A DNA stretch of 64,000 bases, from contig DATMMG010000184.1 in assembly GCA_035569815.1 (NCBI GenBank), positions 4,017 through 68,016 of the forward strand, in the 5' to 3' direction. How positions within the stretch are numbered: the first letter of the stretch is position 1; each line of letters opens with the position of its first letter. The position numbers were made by a program, and so were the translations under genes. Below, piece after piece: positions 1 through 9,370 of the stretch. The notes under the pieces were generated by a model. It was not told the DNA's origin, ran no database searches, and saw only the letters and a program-made list of their open reading frames with translations. This DNA is from Candidatus Methylomirabilota bacterium (GTDB lineage: Bacteria; Acidobacteriota; Terriglobia; Acidiferrales; UBA7541).

Positions 1-310
1 GAGTTTTGGCCATGAGTTGGGCCAGGTAGGCGAGGGTGCGTGCGGTTTTGAGGTCGTAGTCACCGCGGGCGACAGAGATGAAGGTGCGGCAAAGGGCGGC
101 GGTGAGGGAGCAGTTGCTGACGAAATCGGCGGTTAAACAGGAAGAGATGTGTTCGCCGGCTCGGATGGTGTCATCGACCACATCCGCGTTATGTTGGTGA
201 AAGTAACAGAACGGAGAGGTTTTGTTTTTCTTGAGCATGCGGCACTGGCGGCCGTCGGCAAAGAGGAACGAACACAGGGACGCGCGGTCCTGAGCGATTT
301 TCGAGGGCAT
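1..310 (-). CDS. Hypothetical Cys/His-motif protein, partial (runs off the window start; absent from the ORF track)
   Basis: Manual translation from ATG at 310: MPSKIAQDRASLCSFLFADGRQCRMLKKNKTSPFCYFHQH...LAYLAQLMAKT, open to base 1. GGAGA RBS upstream and a consensus sigma70 promoter at 394-422. Confidence 0.75.
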   Translation of the reverse strand, partial: MPSKIAQDRASLCSFLFADGRQCRMLKKNKTSPFCYFHQHNADVVDDTIRAGEHISSCLTADFVSNCSLTAALCRTFISVARGDYDLKTARTLAYLAQLMAKT

Positions 311-393
311 GGAAATCTCCACAATTTAATTTAGATATTTGGGAAACCTTGCGGGAGGAAAAGATTCCGCGAGGCGCACTTCTCTACGGGAGG

Positions 394-422
394 AGTATGG
401 GGGAAGTGTATCGGTTTGTCAA
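394..422 (-). promoter_or_regulatory. sigma70 promoter TTGACA-N17-CATACT for the gene at <1..310
   Basis: Exact -35, 17-nt spacer, near-consensus -10 on the minus strand. Confidence 0.7.
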
Positions 423-430
423 GAGCGAAA

Positions 431-469
431 GAGGTTAAGGAGGTAGATGAAGTAAAGGAGGTAAAGGAT
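431..469 (+). repeat. 9-mer tandem repeat (GAGGTAAAG-like x4)
   Basis: gaggttaag gaggtagat gaagtaaag gaggtaaag; the same unit recurs inside cheA at 1262-1291. Confidence 0.6.
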
Positions 470-880
470 TGCGCGGTGCGGCGCGGTTGGATGGGAGGTC
501 CGCTTAGAAAAGGCTCATTAGAGGAATGAGAAGGGGGTGTGCCGGAATGAAGCGAAGCCGCCGAGTTGAAAAGATTGGGAGCGAGGACATGGAGAAAGAG
601 AGGAGGCGGAGAGAACAGAAGGGAGATGCGAAGGGAGTTGAATTGAACAAAAGAGGAGGGATGGCGGGAGAAGAAAGTTGGGATGCAAATTGAAGAACTT
701 TCGGGAACCGAACTGGCGGGAAAGATTGTGCTGGAAGGTCAGGTGCACGGTGAAAGTGGGCGCGGGCGCGTTTGCGAGAAGCCAAGTATGGGCACAAAGG
801 AAAAAAACAGGAAAAACGGGGCCGAAGGGAAGAAGCAGGCGGTTGCACGTCCCGAAGCGGAACAAGTGAAGGAAGAGGGG

Positions 881-3253
881 ATGGGCGACGAAATCGTCCG
901 CGAATTCCTGTTGGAGAGCAACGAGAATCTGGACCGGTTGGACCGCGAGTTGGTGAGTCTGGAAAAGGACCCGAGGAACCGGGAGACGCTCTCGAGCATT
1001 TTCCGGACGATCCACACGATCAAGGGGACATGCGGATTTTTGGCTTTCGGGAAGCTGGAAAGCGTGGCGCATGCGGGGGAGAGTCTGCTGAGTTTGTTGC
1101 GCGACGGGGCGATTGAATTGACGCCGGAGCGGACGACGGCGCTGCTGAGCCTGGTGGATGCAGTGCGGCAGATGCTGGGGAGCATCGAGAGGAGCGGGAA
1201 TGAAGGGGGGCGGAATGATGGGGAGTTGATCGAAACGTTGAAACGATTGCAGAAGGATTCTGAGGTAAAGGAAGTAAATGAAGTAAAGGAGAAAAAAAGT
1301 CCGGTTAGGGTTGCGGTTTCGAAAACGGAAAACGGAGAGGACGCGGAGCACGCTGAGAAGAGGGAAGAGGCGGCCGGGCCGCCGAAGCAGTTGGGGAAGA
1401 TTCTGGTGGAGATGGGGACGGTGACGCCGGAAGACGTGGCGTACGCGGTGCAGAAGCAACTGGAAGGGGACAAGCGGTCGATCGGGGAAATCCTGGTGGA
1501 GCGCGGGATGCTGAAGTCGCAGGACCTGATGGCGGCGGTGCAGGTGCAACTGGCGGCGAGAAGCGCGGTGAGCGAATCTTCGATTCGGGTGGATGTGGTG
1601 TTGTTGGATCGGCTGATGAACCTGGTGGGAGAGTTGGTGCTGGCGAGGAACCAGATATTGCTGCACACGCAGGGAGTGCAGGACGCGGGACTGGCGGCGA
1701 GCGGACAACGGTTGAACCTGATCACTTCGGAGTTGCAGGAAGGGGTAATGAAGACGAGGATGCAGCCGATCGGGAATATCTGGAGCAAATTCCCGAGGAC
1801 GGTGCGGGACGTGGCGATGAGCTGCGGGAAATCTGTGCGAATCGAGATGGAAGGGAAAGAGACGGAGCTGGACAAGACGATCATCGAGGCGATCAAGGAT
1901 CCCCTGACGCACCTGGTCAGGAATTCGGTGGACCACGGGATTGAGACGCCGGAAAAGCGCGTGCAGGCGGGAAAAAGCGAGGAGGGATTACTGCTGTTGC
2001 GGGCGTACCACGAGGGCGGGCAGGTGAACATCGAGATCCGGGACGACGGCGCGGGACTGAACACAGAGAAGATCAAGAAAAAGGCAGTGCAGCGGCGATT
2101 GATTACCACGGAACAAGCAGAGCGAATGAGCGAGGACGAAGCCTGCAACCTGATATTCCTGGCGGGGTTTTCGACGGCGGAGGCGGTGACGAACGTGTCC
2201 GGCCGAGGCGTGGGCATGGACGTGGTGAAAACAAACATCGAGAAGATCGGCGGAACGGTGCAAGTGCAGACGCGGGCGGGATCCGGGACGACGGTGAAGA
2301 TGAAGATACCCCTGACGGTGGCGATTATTCCGGCGCTGCTGGTGACGAGCGGGGGGGAGCGGTTCGCGATTCCGCAGGTGAACCTGCTGGAGCTGGTGCG
2401 GATCAAAGAGCAGAACGTAGAGAAGAGACTGGAGCGTGTGCAGGGCGCGCCGGTCTACCGGTTGCGCGGGCAATTGCTGCCGCTAGTGAATTTGAACGAC
2501 GAGTTGCGGCTGGAAGGAGGGAAAACGAAGGAAGACGGGGGAGTGAACATCATCGTGTTGCAAGCGGACGCGCGGCATTTCGGGCTGGTGGTGGACCAGG
2601 TGAACGACACGGAGGAGATCGTGGTGAAGCCGCTGAACAAGCAGTTGAAGAGCATTCGCTCGTTTGCGGGAGCGACGATTCTGGGCGACGGAAGAGTTGC
2701 GCTGATCCTGGATGTGCGGGGGCTGGCGGAATCGGCGGGAATCCTGGACGTGCGGCACGAGGAGGAAGCGGAACACGAATTGAAGAGTGAGATGACGGAC
2801 ATGGGAAGTCCGGAAAAGCAGTCGCTGCTGGTGTTTGAAAACAGGGCGGGGAGCCGGATGGCGATCGAACTTTCGATGGTGGCGCGGCTGGAAGAGTTTC
2901 CGAGGGAAAGCGTTGAGAAGACGGGGGAACTGGAGGTGGTGCAATACCGCGGGAAGATTATGCCGCTGATTCGCGTGGAAGGGATGCTGGAAACGGAAAA
3001 TGCGGGGACAAAAAACGCGGCGGGCGAGAGACCCGTGCAGGTGGTGGTGTATACGGACGGAGAGCTCACGGTGGGCCTGGTGGTGGAACAGATCCTGGAC
3101 ATCGTGGAAGAGAAGGTGGTGCTGCAACAGCCGGCGAAGCGGCCGGGAGTACGGGGAACGATGGTGATCCAGAAGAAGGTGACGGATTTGCTGGACGTGA
3201 TGGAGCTGATACGGATGAATCGCGGCAAAGAAAGCGTTGTGGGAGAGGGATAA
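881..3253 (+). CDS. cheA: Chemotaxis histidine kinase CheA (HPt, MshEN-like insert, dimerisation, HATPase, two CheW domains)
   Basis: FRTIHTIKG HPt His; IRVDVVLLDRLMNLVGELVLARNQ; HLVRNSVDHG; SGRGVGMDVV. Start moved to ATG 881 (MGDEIVREF). Confidence 0.97.
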   Translation: MGDEIVREFLLESNENLDRLDRELVSLEKDPRNRETLSSIFRTIHTIKGTCGFLAFGKLESVAHAGESLLSLLRDGAIELTPERTTALLSLVDAVRQMLGSIERSGNEGGRNDGELIETLKRLQKDSEVKEVNEVKEKKSPVRVAVSKTENGEDAEHAEKREEAAGPPKQLGKILVEMGTVTPEDVAYAVQKQLEGDKRSIGEILVERGMLKSQDLMAAVQVQLAARSAVSESSIRVDVVLLDRLMNLVGELVLARNQILLHTQGVQDAGLAASGQRLNLITSELQEGVMKTRMQPIGNIWSKFPRTVRDVAMSCGKSVRIEMEGKETELDKTIIEAIKDPLTHLVRNSVDHGIETPEKRVQAGKSEEGLLLLRAYHEGGQVNIEIRDDGAGLNTEKIKKKAVQRRLITTEQAERMSEDEACNLIFLAGFSTAEAVTNVSGRGVGMDVVKTNIEKIGGTVQVQTRAGSGTTVKMKIPLTVAIIPALLVTSGGERFAIPQVNLLELVRIKEQNVEKRLERVQGAPVYRLRGQLLPLVNLNDELRLEGGKTKEDGGVNIIVLQADARHFGLVVDQVNDTEEIVVKPLNKQLKSIRSFAGATILGDGRVALILDVRGLAESAGILDVRHEEEAEHELKSEMTDMGSPEKQSLLVFENRAGSRMAIELSMVARLEEFPRESVEKTGELEVVQYRGKIMPLIRVEGMLETENAGTKNAAGERPVQVVVYTDGELTVGLVVEQILDIVEEKVVLQQPAKRPGVRGTMVIQKKVTDLLDVMELIRMNRGKESVVGEG

Positions 3254-3257
3254 AGGC

Positions 3258-3713
3258 GTGAGCGAGCGGCGGCAGTTCTGCACATTCTGGATGGGGCAAC
3301 GGCTGTATGGAGTGCCGGTGGAAGAGGTGCAGGAAGTGATGCGGGGGCAGGCGATGACGCGAGTGCCACTGGCGGGAAGCGCTGTGCGCGGGCTGATTAA
3401 CTTGCGCGGAAAGATCGTGACCGCGATCGATTTGCGGAAAGGGCTGGGGCTCGGCGAGGAGAGGATCAAGGGGCCGCTGATGAACGTGGTGGTGAGCAAC
3501 AAGGCGTACACGGTGAGCTTCCTGGTGGACGCGATCGGGGATGTGCTGGAAGTGAGCGAGGAAGCATTTGAGGATGTGCCGGAGACGCTGCAGGGCGAAG
3601 CGCGAAAGCTGGTGGCGGGTGTGTACAAGCTGCCGAACGGATTGCTGCACGTGCTGGACGCGGAGAAATGCGTGCAGACCGGGGATTCCGGAAGAAAAGA
3701 AGCGGCGGAATGA
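3258..3713 (+). CDS. cheW: CheW adaptor
   Basis: TRVPLAGSAVRGLINLRGKIVTAIDL; GTG start just after the cheA stop. Confidence 0.95.
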   Translation: MSERRQFCTFWMGQRLYGVPVEEVQEVMRGQAMTRVPLAGSAVRGLINLRGKIVTAIDLRKGLGLGEERIKGPLMNVVVSNKAYTVSFLVDAIGDVLEVSEEAFEDVPETLQGEARKLVAGVYKLPNGLLHVLDAEKCVQTGDSGRKEAAE

Positions 3714-3770
3714 GACGAGCCCGAGGCCGGTGGGGAAACGAGTTTGATCGAGAGGCGGAGGAAACCAAGT

Positions 3771-5792
3771 ATGCCAAGCGCGCATGACTTAAAGGAAAGC
3801 GAAGAGAAGCAGGAGGGACAGAGCGAGTCCCGCGGCCGAAATCACCGAGGCGACCGCGAGGGGCTTCGGGGAATGGGTGAAGGGCGTGGAGGCCGTAAAT
3901 CAGCGGAGGCCGAAGCCGGCCAAGCGAGGCCAAAGGCGAATTGGATCGGTCGGGCGCTCGCAGATATGCGCATAGGGAAGCGGCTGGCGCTGGGTTTTGG
4001 CGTATTGATTGCGCTGTTGGTGTGCGTGGCCGGAGCGGGGTATTGGGGGGCGCAAACGATTACCAACACGATGATGGACCTGCTGCAGACCGATTCAAAG
4101 GCACAGCAGATGTACACGAACGGCGCATTGTATTCGCTGGAGCTGCGGCGCTACGAAAAAGACGCGATTCTGGCGTTGGAGAGCCGGAACGGTCTGGCGA
4201 AAGCGATGGAGAACTGGAAGGGAATCGACGAGCGGATGAACGAAAGCATGGATGAGCTGGGAAAGCTTCCGGCGAGCAGCGAAGAGAAGGACACGTTCAA
4301 TTCCGTCCGCGCGGCACTGAAGGATTACGAGCAGGGATTCCAAGGAGTGATGCAGAAGATGGAATCGGAGAACGGCGGCCCCGGCCGAGGGAACGCGGTC
4401 GCGGCGAACCGGTCCACGCAGGCCAACGAAGAGTTGAAATCCGCGAAAGACGCGATCCACTTCGTGGAAGATCACCTGCGGCAGGAATCGGCGGAGCGGG
4501 TTTCGCGAATTGCCGACCGGCAAAAGGCCACCGAAAAGCTGACGCAGCGCGTCGGCCTGATGATTTTCGGGGTTGTGTTAGTCGCGCTTTTCACCGCGGG
4601 GGGCATTAGTACGTTGACGACGCGGAGCATCACACAGCCCGTTCATGAAGCGGTGGAAGCGACGCATAGGATTCTGAGGGGAGATCACAACGTCGAAGTG
4701 GCCACGGAGCGGAAGGATGAGATGGGGCAGTTGATGGACTCGGTGAACCAGATGGCGAGAGAGTTCACTGGCCGAGTCGAAGCAATGAAGAAAGCGGTGG
4801 CCGAGAACCAGAAAGCCGCGGAGAAGGAGCAGCAAGCACAGGCGGAATTGCGGGAGAAGGTGAATCGGATCCTGAGCGTGGTGCAAGCGGCGGCGAAGGG
4901 TGACCTGACGCAGGAAGTGACCGTGAAGGGCGAGGACGCAATCGGCCAGATGGGCGAAGGGCTGGGGAACTTCATCAGCAATTTGCGGGAGAGTGTGGCG
5001 GCGATCGCGCGGAATTCACAGGGGCTGGCGTCGGCTTCGGAAGAGCTGAGCGCGGTGAGCCAGCAGATGAGCGTGGCGGCGGAGGAGACGTCGAGCCAGG
5101 CAAACGTGGTGAGCGCGGCGGCGGAGCAGGTGGACAAAAATCTGCAGACGGTGGCCACGGGCGCGGAAGAGATGGGCGCGAGTATTAAGGAGATTGCGAA
5201 AAACGCGACGGAAGCCGCAAAGGTGGCGAACTCGGCGGTGAGCGTGGCGGACAGGACGAATCAGACGGTGATGAAGCTGGGGGAATCGAGCGCGGAGATC
5301 GGGGAAGTGATCAAGGTGATTACGTCGATTGCGCAACAGACGAACCTGCTGGCGCTGAACGCGACAATTGAGGCGGCGCGCGCGGGAGAAGCCGGGAAGG
5401 GGTTCGCGGTTGTGGCGAATGAGGTGAAGGAACTGGCGAAGGAAACGGCGAAGGCGACGGAGGACATCAGCCGGAAGATCGAGAGCATCCAGAAGGACAC
5501 GAACGAAGCAGTGGAGGCGATCGGCTCGATCAGCACGATCATCAACAAGGTGAACGATATTTCGTCGACGATCGCTTCGGCGGTGGAAGAACAGAATGCG
5601 ACTACGAACGAGATGACGAGGAACGTTTCGGATGCGGCGCGGGGCTCGGGCGAAATTACCAAGAACATCGCTGGAGTTGCCGAAGCGGCGCAGAGCACGA
5701 CACATGGAGCGAGCGATTCGCAGAAGGCGGCGGAGCAACTGGCGAAGATGGCGAATGAGATGAAGGAGTTGACGGGGAGGTTTAGGTATTAG
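3771..5792 (+). CDS. Methyl-accepting chemotaxis protein (2 TM, four-helix periplasmic sensor, tandem HAMP, signalling domain)
   Basis: [34 protein letters not shown] hairpin tip; two hydrophobic helices; GGAGGA before ATG 3771. Confidence 0.96.
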   Translation: MPSAHDLKESEEKQEGQSESRGRNHRGDREGLRGMGEGRGGRKSAEAEAGQARPKANWIGRALADMRIGKRLALGFGVLIALLVCVAGAGYWGAQTITNTMMDLLQTDSKAQQMYTNGALYSLELRRYEKDAILALESRNGLAKAMENWKGIDERMNESMDELGKLPASSEEKDTFNSVRAALKDYEQGFQGVMQKMESENGGPGRGNAVAANRSTQANEELKSAKDAIHFVEDHLRQESAERVSRIADRQKATEKLTQRVGLMIFGVVLVALFTAGGISTLTTRSITQPVHEAVEATHRILRGDHNVEVATERKDEMGQLMDSVNQMAREFTGRVEAMKKAVAENQKAAEKEQQAQAELREKVNRILSVVQAAAKGDLTQEVTVKGEDAIGQMGEGLGNFISNLRESVAAIARNSQGLASASEELSAVSQQMSVAAEETSSQANVVSAAAEQVDKNLQTVATGAEEMGASIKEIAKNATEAAKVANSAVSVADRTNQTVMKLGESSAEIGEVIKVITSIAQQTNLLALNATIEAARAGEAGKGFAVVANEVKELAKETAKATEDISRKIESIQKDTNEAVEAIGSISTIINKVNDISSTIASAVEEQNATTNEMTRNVSDAARGSGEITKNIAGVAEAAQSTTHGASDSQKAAEQLAKMANEMKELTGRFRY

Positions 5793-5828
5793 GGGAAGTG
5801 GCCAGCGGCAAGTGAAGAGAGACAGGAG

Positions 5829-6058
5829 TTAACACAGAGAGAGCAGAGTAAGAGCACAGAGGGCACAGAGAAACCCAAGAGCACAGCCAGGAATGGCTGT
5901 GCTACAGGAGTGGAGACGGACGGGATGAGGTGGAGTTTGGGTGAAGGGGATTAGACCGTAAAAGCGGAAGCTGCGCTTCCGCACTCAGAGGCGCCCGCCT
6001 CGGAAGGTGGCCGCTACGGGGAAGGAAGAGGGCTGGGCCACCTGAAGGTGGCCGCTAC
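5829..6058. repeat. Composite intergenic repeat cluster (CAGAG purine repeat plus four REP-like hairpins)
   Basis: aacacagagagagcagag...; gcacagccaggaatggctgtgctac (5881-5905); gcggaagctgcgcttccgc; gcgcccgcctcggaaggtggccgctac (5991-6017); ggccacctgaaggtggccgctac (6036-6058). Confidence 0.85.
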
Positions 6059-6075
6059 GGGAAGGGACGCGGGGG

Positions 6076-7206
6076 ATGCGGGCGATACGAATTTTGGTGG
6101 TGGATGATTCGGTGGTGGTTCGGAAGGTGCTGGCCGAGGCGTTGGCTACGGATGCGTCCATCGAGGTGGCGGGCACGGCGGCGGATGGAAACATCGCGCT
6201 GGCGAAGATACCGCAGGTGAACCCGGACCTGATCACGCTGGACGTGGAGATGCCGGGGAAATCGGGAATTGAAACGCTGGTGGAGATCCGAAAACTTTAT
6301 CCGAAATTGCCGGTGATCATGTTCAGTACGCTGACGGAACGAGGGGCGGCGGTGACGCTGGACGCGTTATCGCTGGGCGCGAGCGATTACGTTACGAAGC
6401 CGAGCAACTCGGGAAGCCTGGAGCAGACGCGGGCGAAGATCCAGGCGGAATTGATCCCGAAGATCAAGGAGCTTTGCCGGAAGGCAACGGGTCAACCGCA
6501 ATTCGGGGCGCCGCCAAAAGGGGCGGCGCCGCGGATGGCGAGTCGCAGGCTGGGAACCGCGGCGAGGGTGGATGTGCTGGCGGTAGGAACTTCGACGGGC
6601 GGGCCGAACGCACTGGCAGTGGTGTTGCCGGGGCTGGCGAAAGAGTTTCCTGTGCCGATCGTGATCGTGCAACACATGCCTCCGGTGTTCACGCGGCTGC
6701 TGGCGGAGAGATTGAACAAGCAATCGAAGGTGGAGATCCGTGAAGGGGAAGAGGGCGGACTGCTGAAGCCGGGCCTGGCGTGGATTGCGCCGGGTGATTT
6801 TCACATGCAAGTGGCGAGAACGGGAGGCAAGGCGGTGCAACTGAAGATGGGGCAGGAGCCGCCTGAGAATTCGTGCCGCCCGGCGGCGGACGTGCTGTTT
6901 CGTTCGGTGGCGCAGGCATACGGACCGAATGTGCTGGCGGTGGTGCTGACGGGAATGGGAAGCGACGGAGTGCGTGGTTCGGAAGAAATAAAAGCCGCCG
7001 GAGGCCAGGTGATCGTGCAGGACGAAGCGAGTTCGGTGGTTTGGGGAATGCCGGGACAGACGGCAGCGGCGGGATGGGCGGATGGAATTTTTCCGCTTGC
7101 GGAGATGGCGAGCGAGATAGAGCGGCGCGTGCAGGCGAGCCGGTTGGGGTTGGATTGGCGGGAAAGAGTGCCTGGAGAGCGGCCCGCGGTGAAAATTCAT
7201 AATTGA
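6076..7206 (+). CDS. cheB: Chemotaxis response regulator methylesterase CheB
   Basis: REC (ILVVDDS, LDVEMP) plus catalytic GTSTGG, HMP and GMGSDG motifs. Confidence 0.97.
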   Translation: MRAIRILVVDDSVVVRKVLAEALATDASIEVAGTAADGNIALAKIPQVNPDLITLDVEMPGKSGIETLVEIRKLYPKLPVIMFSTLTERGAAVTLDALSLGASDYVTKPSNSGSLEQTRAKIQAELIPKIKELCRKATGQPQFGAPPKGAAPRMASRRLGTAARVDVLAVGTSTGGPNALAVVLPGLAKEFPVPIVIVQHMPPVFTRLLAERLNKQSKVEIREGEEGGLLKPGLAWIAPGDFHMQVARTGGKAVQLKMGQEPPENSCRPAADVLFRSVAQAYGPNVLAVVLTGMGSDGVRGSEEIKAAGGQVIVQDEASSVVWGMPGQTAAAGWADGIFPLAEMASEIERRVQASRLGLDWRERVPGERPAVKIHN

Positions 7207-7226
7207 AGAATGAAACGAGGAGCGCG

Positions 7227-8165
7227 ATGGCGGGTGAGGTGCTGAACGCGACGTTGAGCGGGACACCGGCTGGAACGGCGGCGAAGGAGCGAGAAGAAGC
7301 AATCGATCCGGTGTATTTGCGGATTCGCAATCTGGTGTATCAGACCTGCGGAATTTATCACTCGGACGAAAAATTGTACCTGCTGGTGGCAGCTTGCAAG
7401 CGTCGGCTGGCGAGCGGGGGAGTGAAGGCGGCGAGCGCGAAGGAGTACCTGGATGCGCTGACGAGCATTGCGTACAAAGAGACGGAGACGCGTGCGCTGC
7501 TGAACGAGATTACGATCGGCGAGACTTGCCTGTTCCGAAGCATGCCGCAGGTGAATGCGTTGAAAAATGTGCTGCTTCCGGAGATCGCGACGGAGCGGGC
7601 AAAGATCGGATTGAAAAAATTGAAGTTATGGAGCGCGGGATGCTCGACGGGGGAAGAGCCGTACACAATGGCAATGTTTCTGATGGAGCAGCAGGACACG
7701 TTGCTGAAGGGGTGGACGTTTGATATTCAGGCGACGGATTTGAACGACCGGTCTGTGGAAACGGCGAAAGCGGGAGTCTACGGCGATTACGCGCTGCGGA
7801 ATACGCCGGACAATTACAAGCGAAAATATTTTGGGGTGGCGGATGGTGGCAAGCTGAAGGTGAAGGATGAAGTGAAAGCGAAAATCACGTTTCAGCGGCT
7901 GAACCTGAACGACGACAGCCGGATGGTGTTTATGAAGGGGATGGACCTGATCTTCTGCTGCAACGTGCTGATTTATTTCGATATGACGTCGAAGAAACGG
8001 GTGGTGCAGCACTTTTTTTCGAACCTGATGCCGAACGGCTGCTTTTTCCTGGGGCACGCGGAGTCGCTGTACCAGGTGAACGACCAATTTCGGCTGGTGC
8101 ACCTGCCGGGAACGACCGCGTACCGGAAGCCGGGACCGGATGCGGGGAGAGCGGTCAAGCCATGA
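7227..8165 (+). CDS. cheR: Chemotaxis methyltransferase CheR
   Basis: WSAGCSTGEEPYT, DLIFCCNVLIYFD, LGHAES; GAGGAG before ATG 7227. Confidence 0.95.
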   Translation: MAGEVLNATLSGTPAGTAAKEREEAIDPVYLRIRNLVYQTCGIYHSDEKLYLLVAACKRRLASGGVKAASAKEYLDALTSIAYKETETRALLNEITIGETCLFRSMPQVNALKNVLLPEIATERAKIGLKKLKLWSAGCSTGEEPYTMAMFLMEQQDTLLKGWTFDIQATDLNDRSVETAKAGVYGDYALRNTPDNYKRKYFGVADGGKLKVKDEVKAKITFQRLNLNDDSRMVFMKGMDLIFCCNVLIYFDMTSKKRVVQHFFSNLMPNGCFFLGHAESLYQVNDQFRLVHLPGTTAYRKPGPDAGRAVKP

Positions 8166-9088
8166 GCGAAAGTGTGCGGGATGGATTGCGGAAGAGAATC
8201 GAGAAGGTGCGGACGCTGCCGTCGTCACCGGCGGTGCTGAAACCGCTGCTGGAACTTTTGCGGTTGGAGCCGGAGCAGATCAATTTGAAGAAAGTGGTGG
8301 AGCTGGTTTCCTACGACAAGACGATTGCGGCGCAGTGCCTGCGGATTGCGAACTCGCCGCTGTACGGGAGGTCGCGGGAGACGGAGTCGATCCAGGCGGC
8401 GATTGTGACCCTGGGAATCCAGCGGGTGGAAGATATTCTGCTGACGTGTTGCCTGCACAAGTTCAGCGCAGGAACCAAGTGGGCGACGGATCCGGAAGTG
8501 TATTGGAGGCATTCGCTGGGTTGCGCGACGGTGTGCCGGGAACTTGCGGAGAGGATCGATTTCCGGGATCCCGAGAAAGCGTACCTGGCGGGATTGCTGC
8601 ACGACCTGGGGATACTGGTGAATTCGCTGGCGTATCCGGAGGAATATCACAAGGTGGTTGCCGAAGCGCAGGAAGGGGGCGTGCCGCTGGCGGAACAGGA
8701 GATGAAGGATCTGGGCTTCACGCACGCTGAAAGCGGAAGCATTCTGGGGACGATGTGGCAACTGCCGACGGTGATCATTGACGTGATCGCGGATCACCAT
8801 GATGTGGAGCGTGCGCCAGAGGACAATCCACTGGTGGCACTGGTGCACATTGGAGATTTGTTATGCAGGTGTCGCGGATTGGGATATGGATATGAGGAGT
8901 GGAGAAGCGTGGAGCTGGCGTCAGATCCGGCGTGGGAGCGATTGATGAAGTACGGGCCGCGACTGGCGAGCATGGATCTGGCGCGATTCACGATGGATCT
9001 GGACGCGTTTCTGCCGAAGGTGCAGCACTTGGTGGACGCGGTGTTCTCTTCCAAGGTGGAACATCCCGCTGTTGAAATTTTGCGCTAG
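8162..9088 (+). CDS. Stand-alone HDOD domain protein
   Basis: LRIANSPLYG, YWRHSL, AYLAGLLHDLG, GFTHAE; ATGA overlap with cheR. Confidence 0.9.
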   Translation: MSESVRDGLRKRIEKVRTLPSSPAVLKPLLELLRLEPEQINLKKVVELVSYDKTIAAQCLRIANSPLYGRSRETESIQAAIVTLGIQRVEDILLTCCLHKFSAGTKWATDPEVYWRHSLGCATVCRELAERIDFRDPEKAYLAGLLHDLGILVNSLAYPEEYHKVVAEAQEGGVPLAEQEMKDLGFTHAESGSILGTMWQLPTVIIDVIADHHDVERAPEDNPLVALVHIGDLLCRCRGLGYGYEEWRSVELASDPAWERLMKYGPRLASMDLARFTMDLDAFLPKVQHLVDAVFSSKVEHPAVEILR

Positions 9089-9104
9089 CGGGGGTATCAA
9101 GACG

Positions 9105-9283
9105 GCGCCCGCCGCAGACCTTTCGGCTTCGCTCAGGGCAGGCGGCGAACGCTACAAAAGCAAGACAACCCAAGACAACCCAAGAGCGGACCGCCTCGGA
9201 AGGTGGTCCCTACGAAGGCAAGAAAAACCCAAGAGCACGGGCCTTTCGGCAAAGCTCAGGGCAAGCAGGAGTGACTGTGCCAC
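9105..9283. repeat. REP-like hairpin cluster with two nested 24-nt insertions
   Basis: Hairpins at 9105-9155, 9186-9213 and 9235-9283; inserts at 9120-9143 and 9243-9266. Confidence 0.8.
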
Positions 9284-9343
9284 TTTGGCGATGCCCCCAC
9301 TGGAAACGCATGAAGAATTAAGCGCGTTGGGAGAAATGAGGAC

Positions 9344-9370
9344 TAAAGTTCCTGAAGGACCTGCCGATAG
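9344..9370 (+). promoter_or_regulatory. sigma28 (FliA) promoter TAAA-N15-GCCGATAG
   Basis: taaagttcctgaaggacctgccgatag matches the consensus with exact spacing. Confidence 0.75.

Noticed and set aside
802-828. AAAA-N15-GCCGAAGG as a sigma28 promoter for cheA
   Set aside because: Mismatches in both boxes within a low-complexity purine tract; not enough support
683-880. 66-aa N-terminal extension of CheA in the ORF track
   Set aside because: The HPt domain begins at ATG 881 behind a purine-rich RBS. Similar over-extensions were trimmed for the 12286 activator, flgB, fliP, flgJ, iolB and the 55288 oxidoreductase.
518-2406. Long minus-strand ORFs opposite cheA (and similar ones such as 28842-30749, 10775-12199, 48948-50405, plus + strand 57779-58756 and 61103-62035)
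   Set aside because: Antisense shadows of well-supported genes in GC-rich DNA; Arg/Pro/Ser-rich with no recognisable motifs
5829-6058. Repeat clusters as CRISPR arrays
   Set aside because: No regularly spaced identical repeats with unique spacers, and no cas genes
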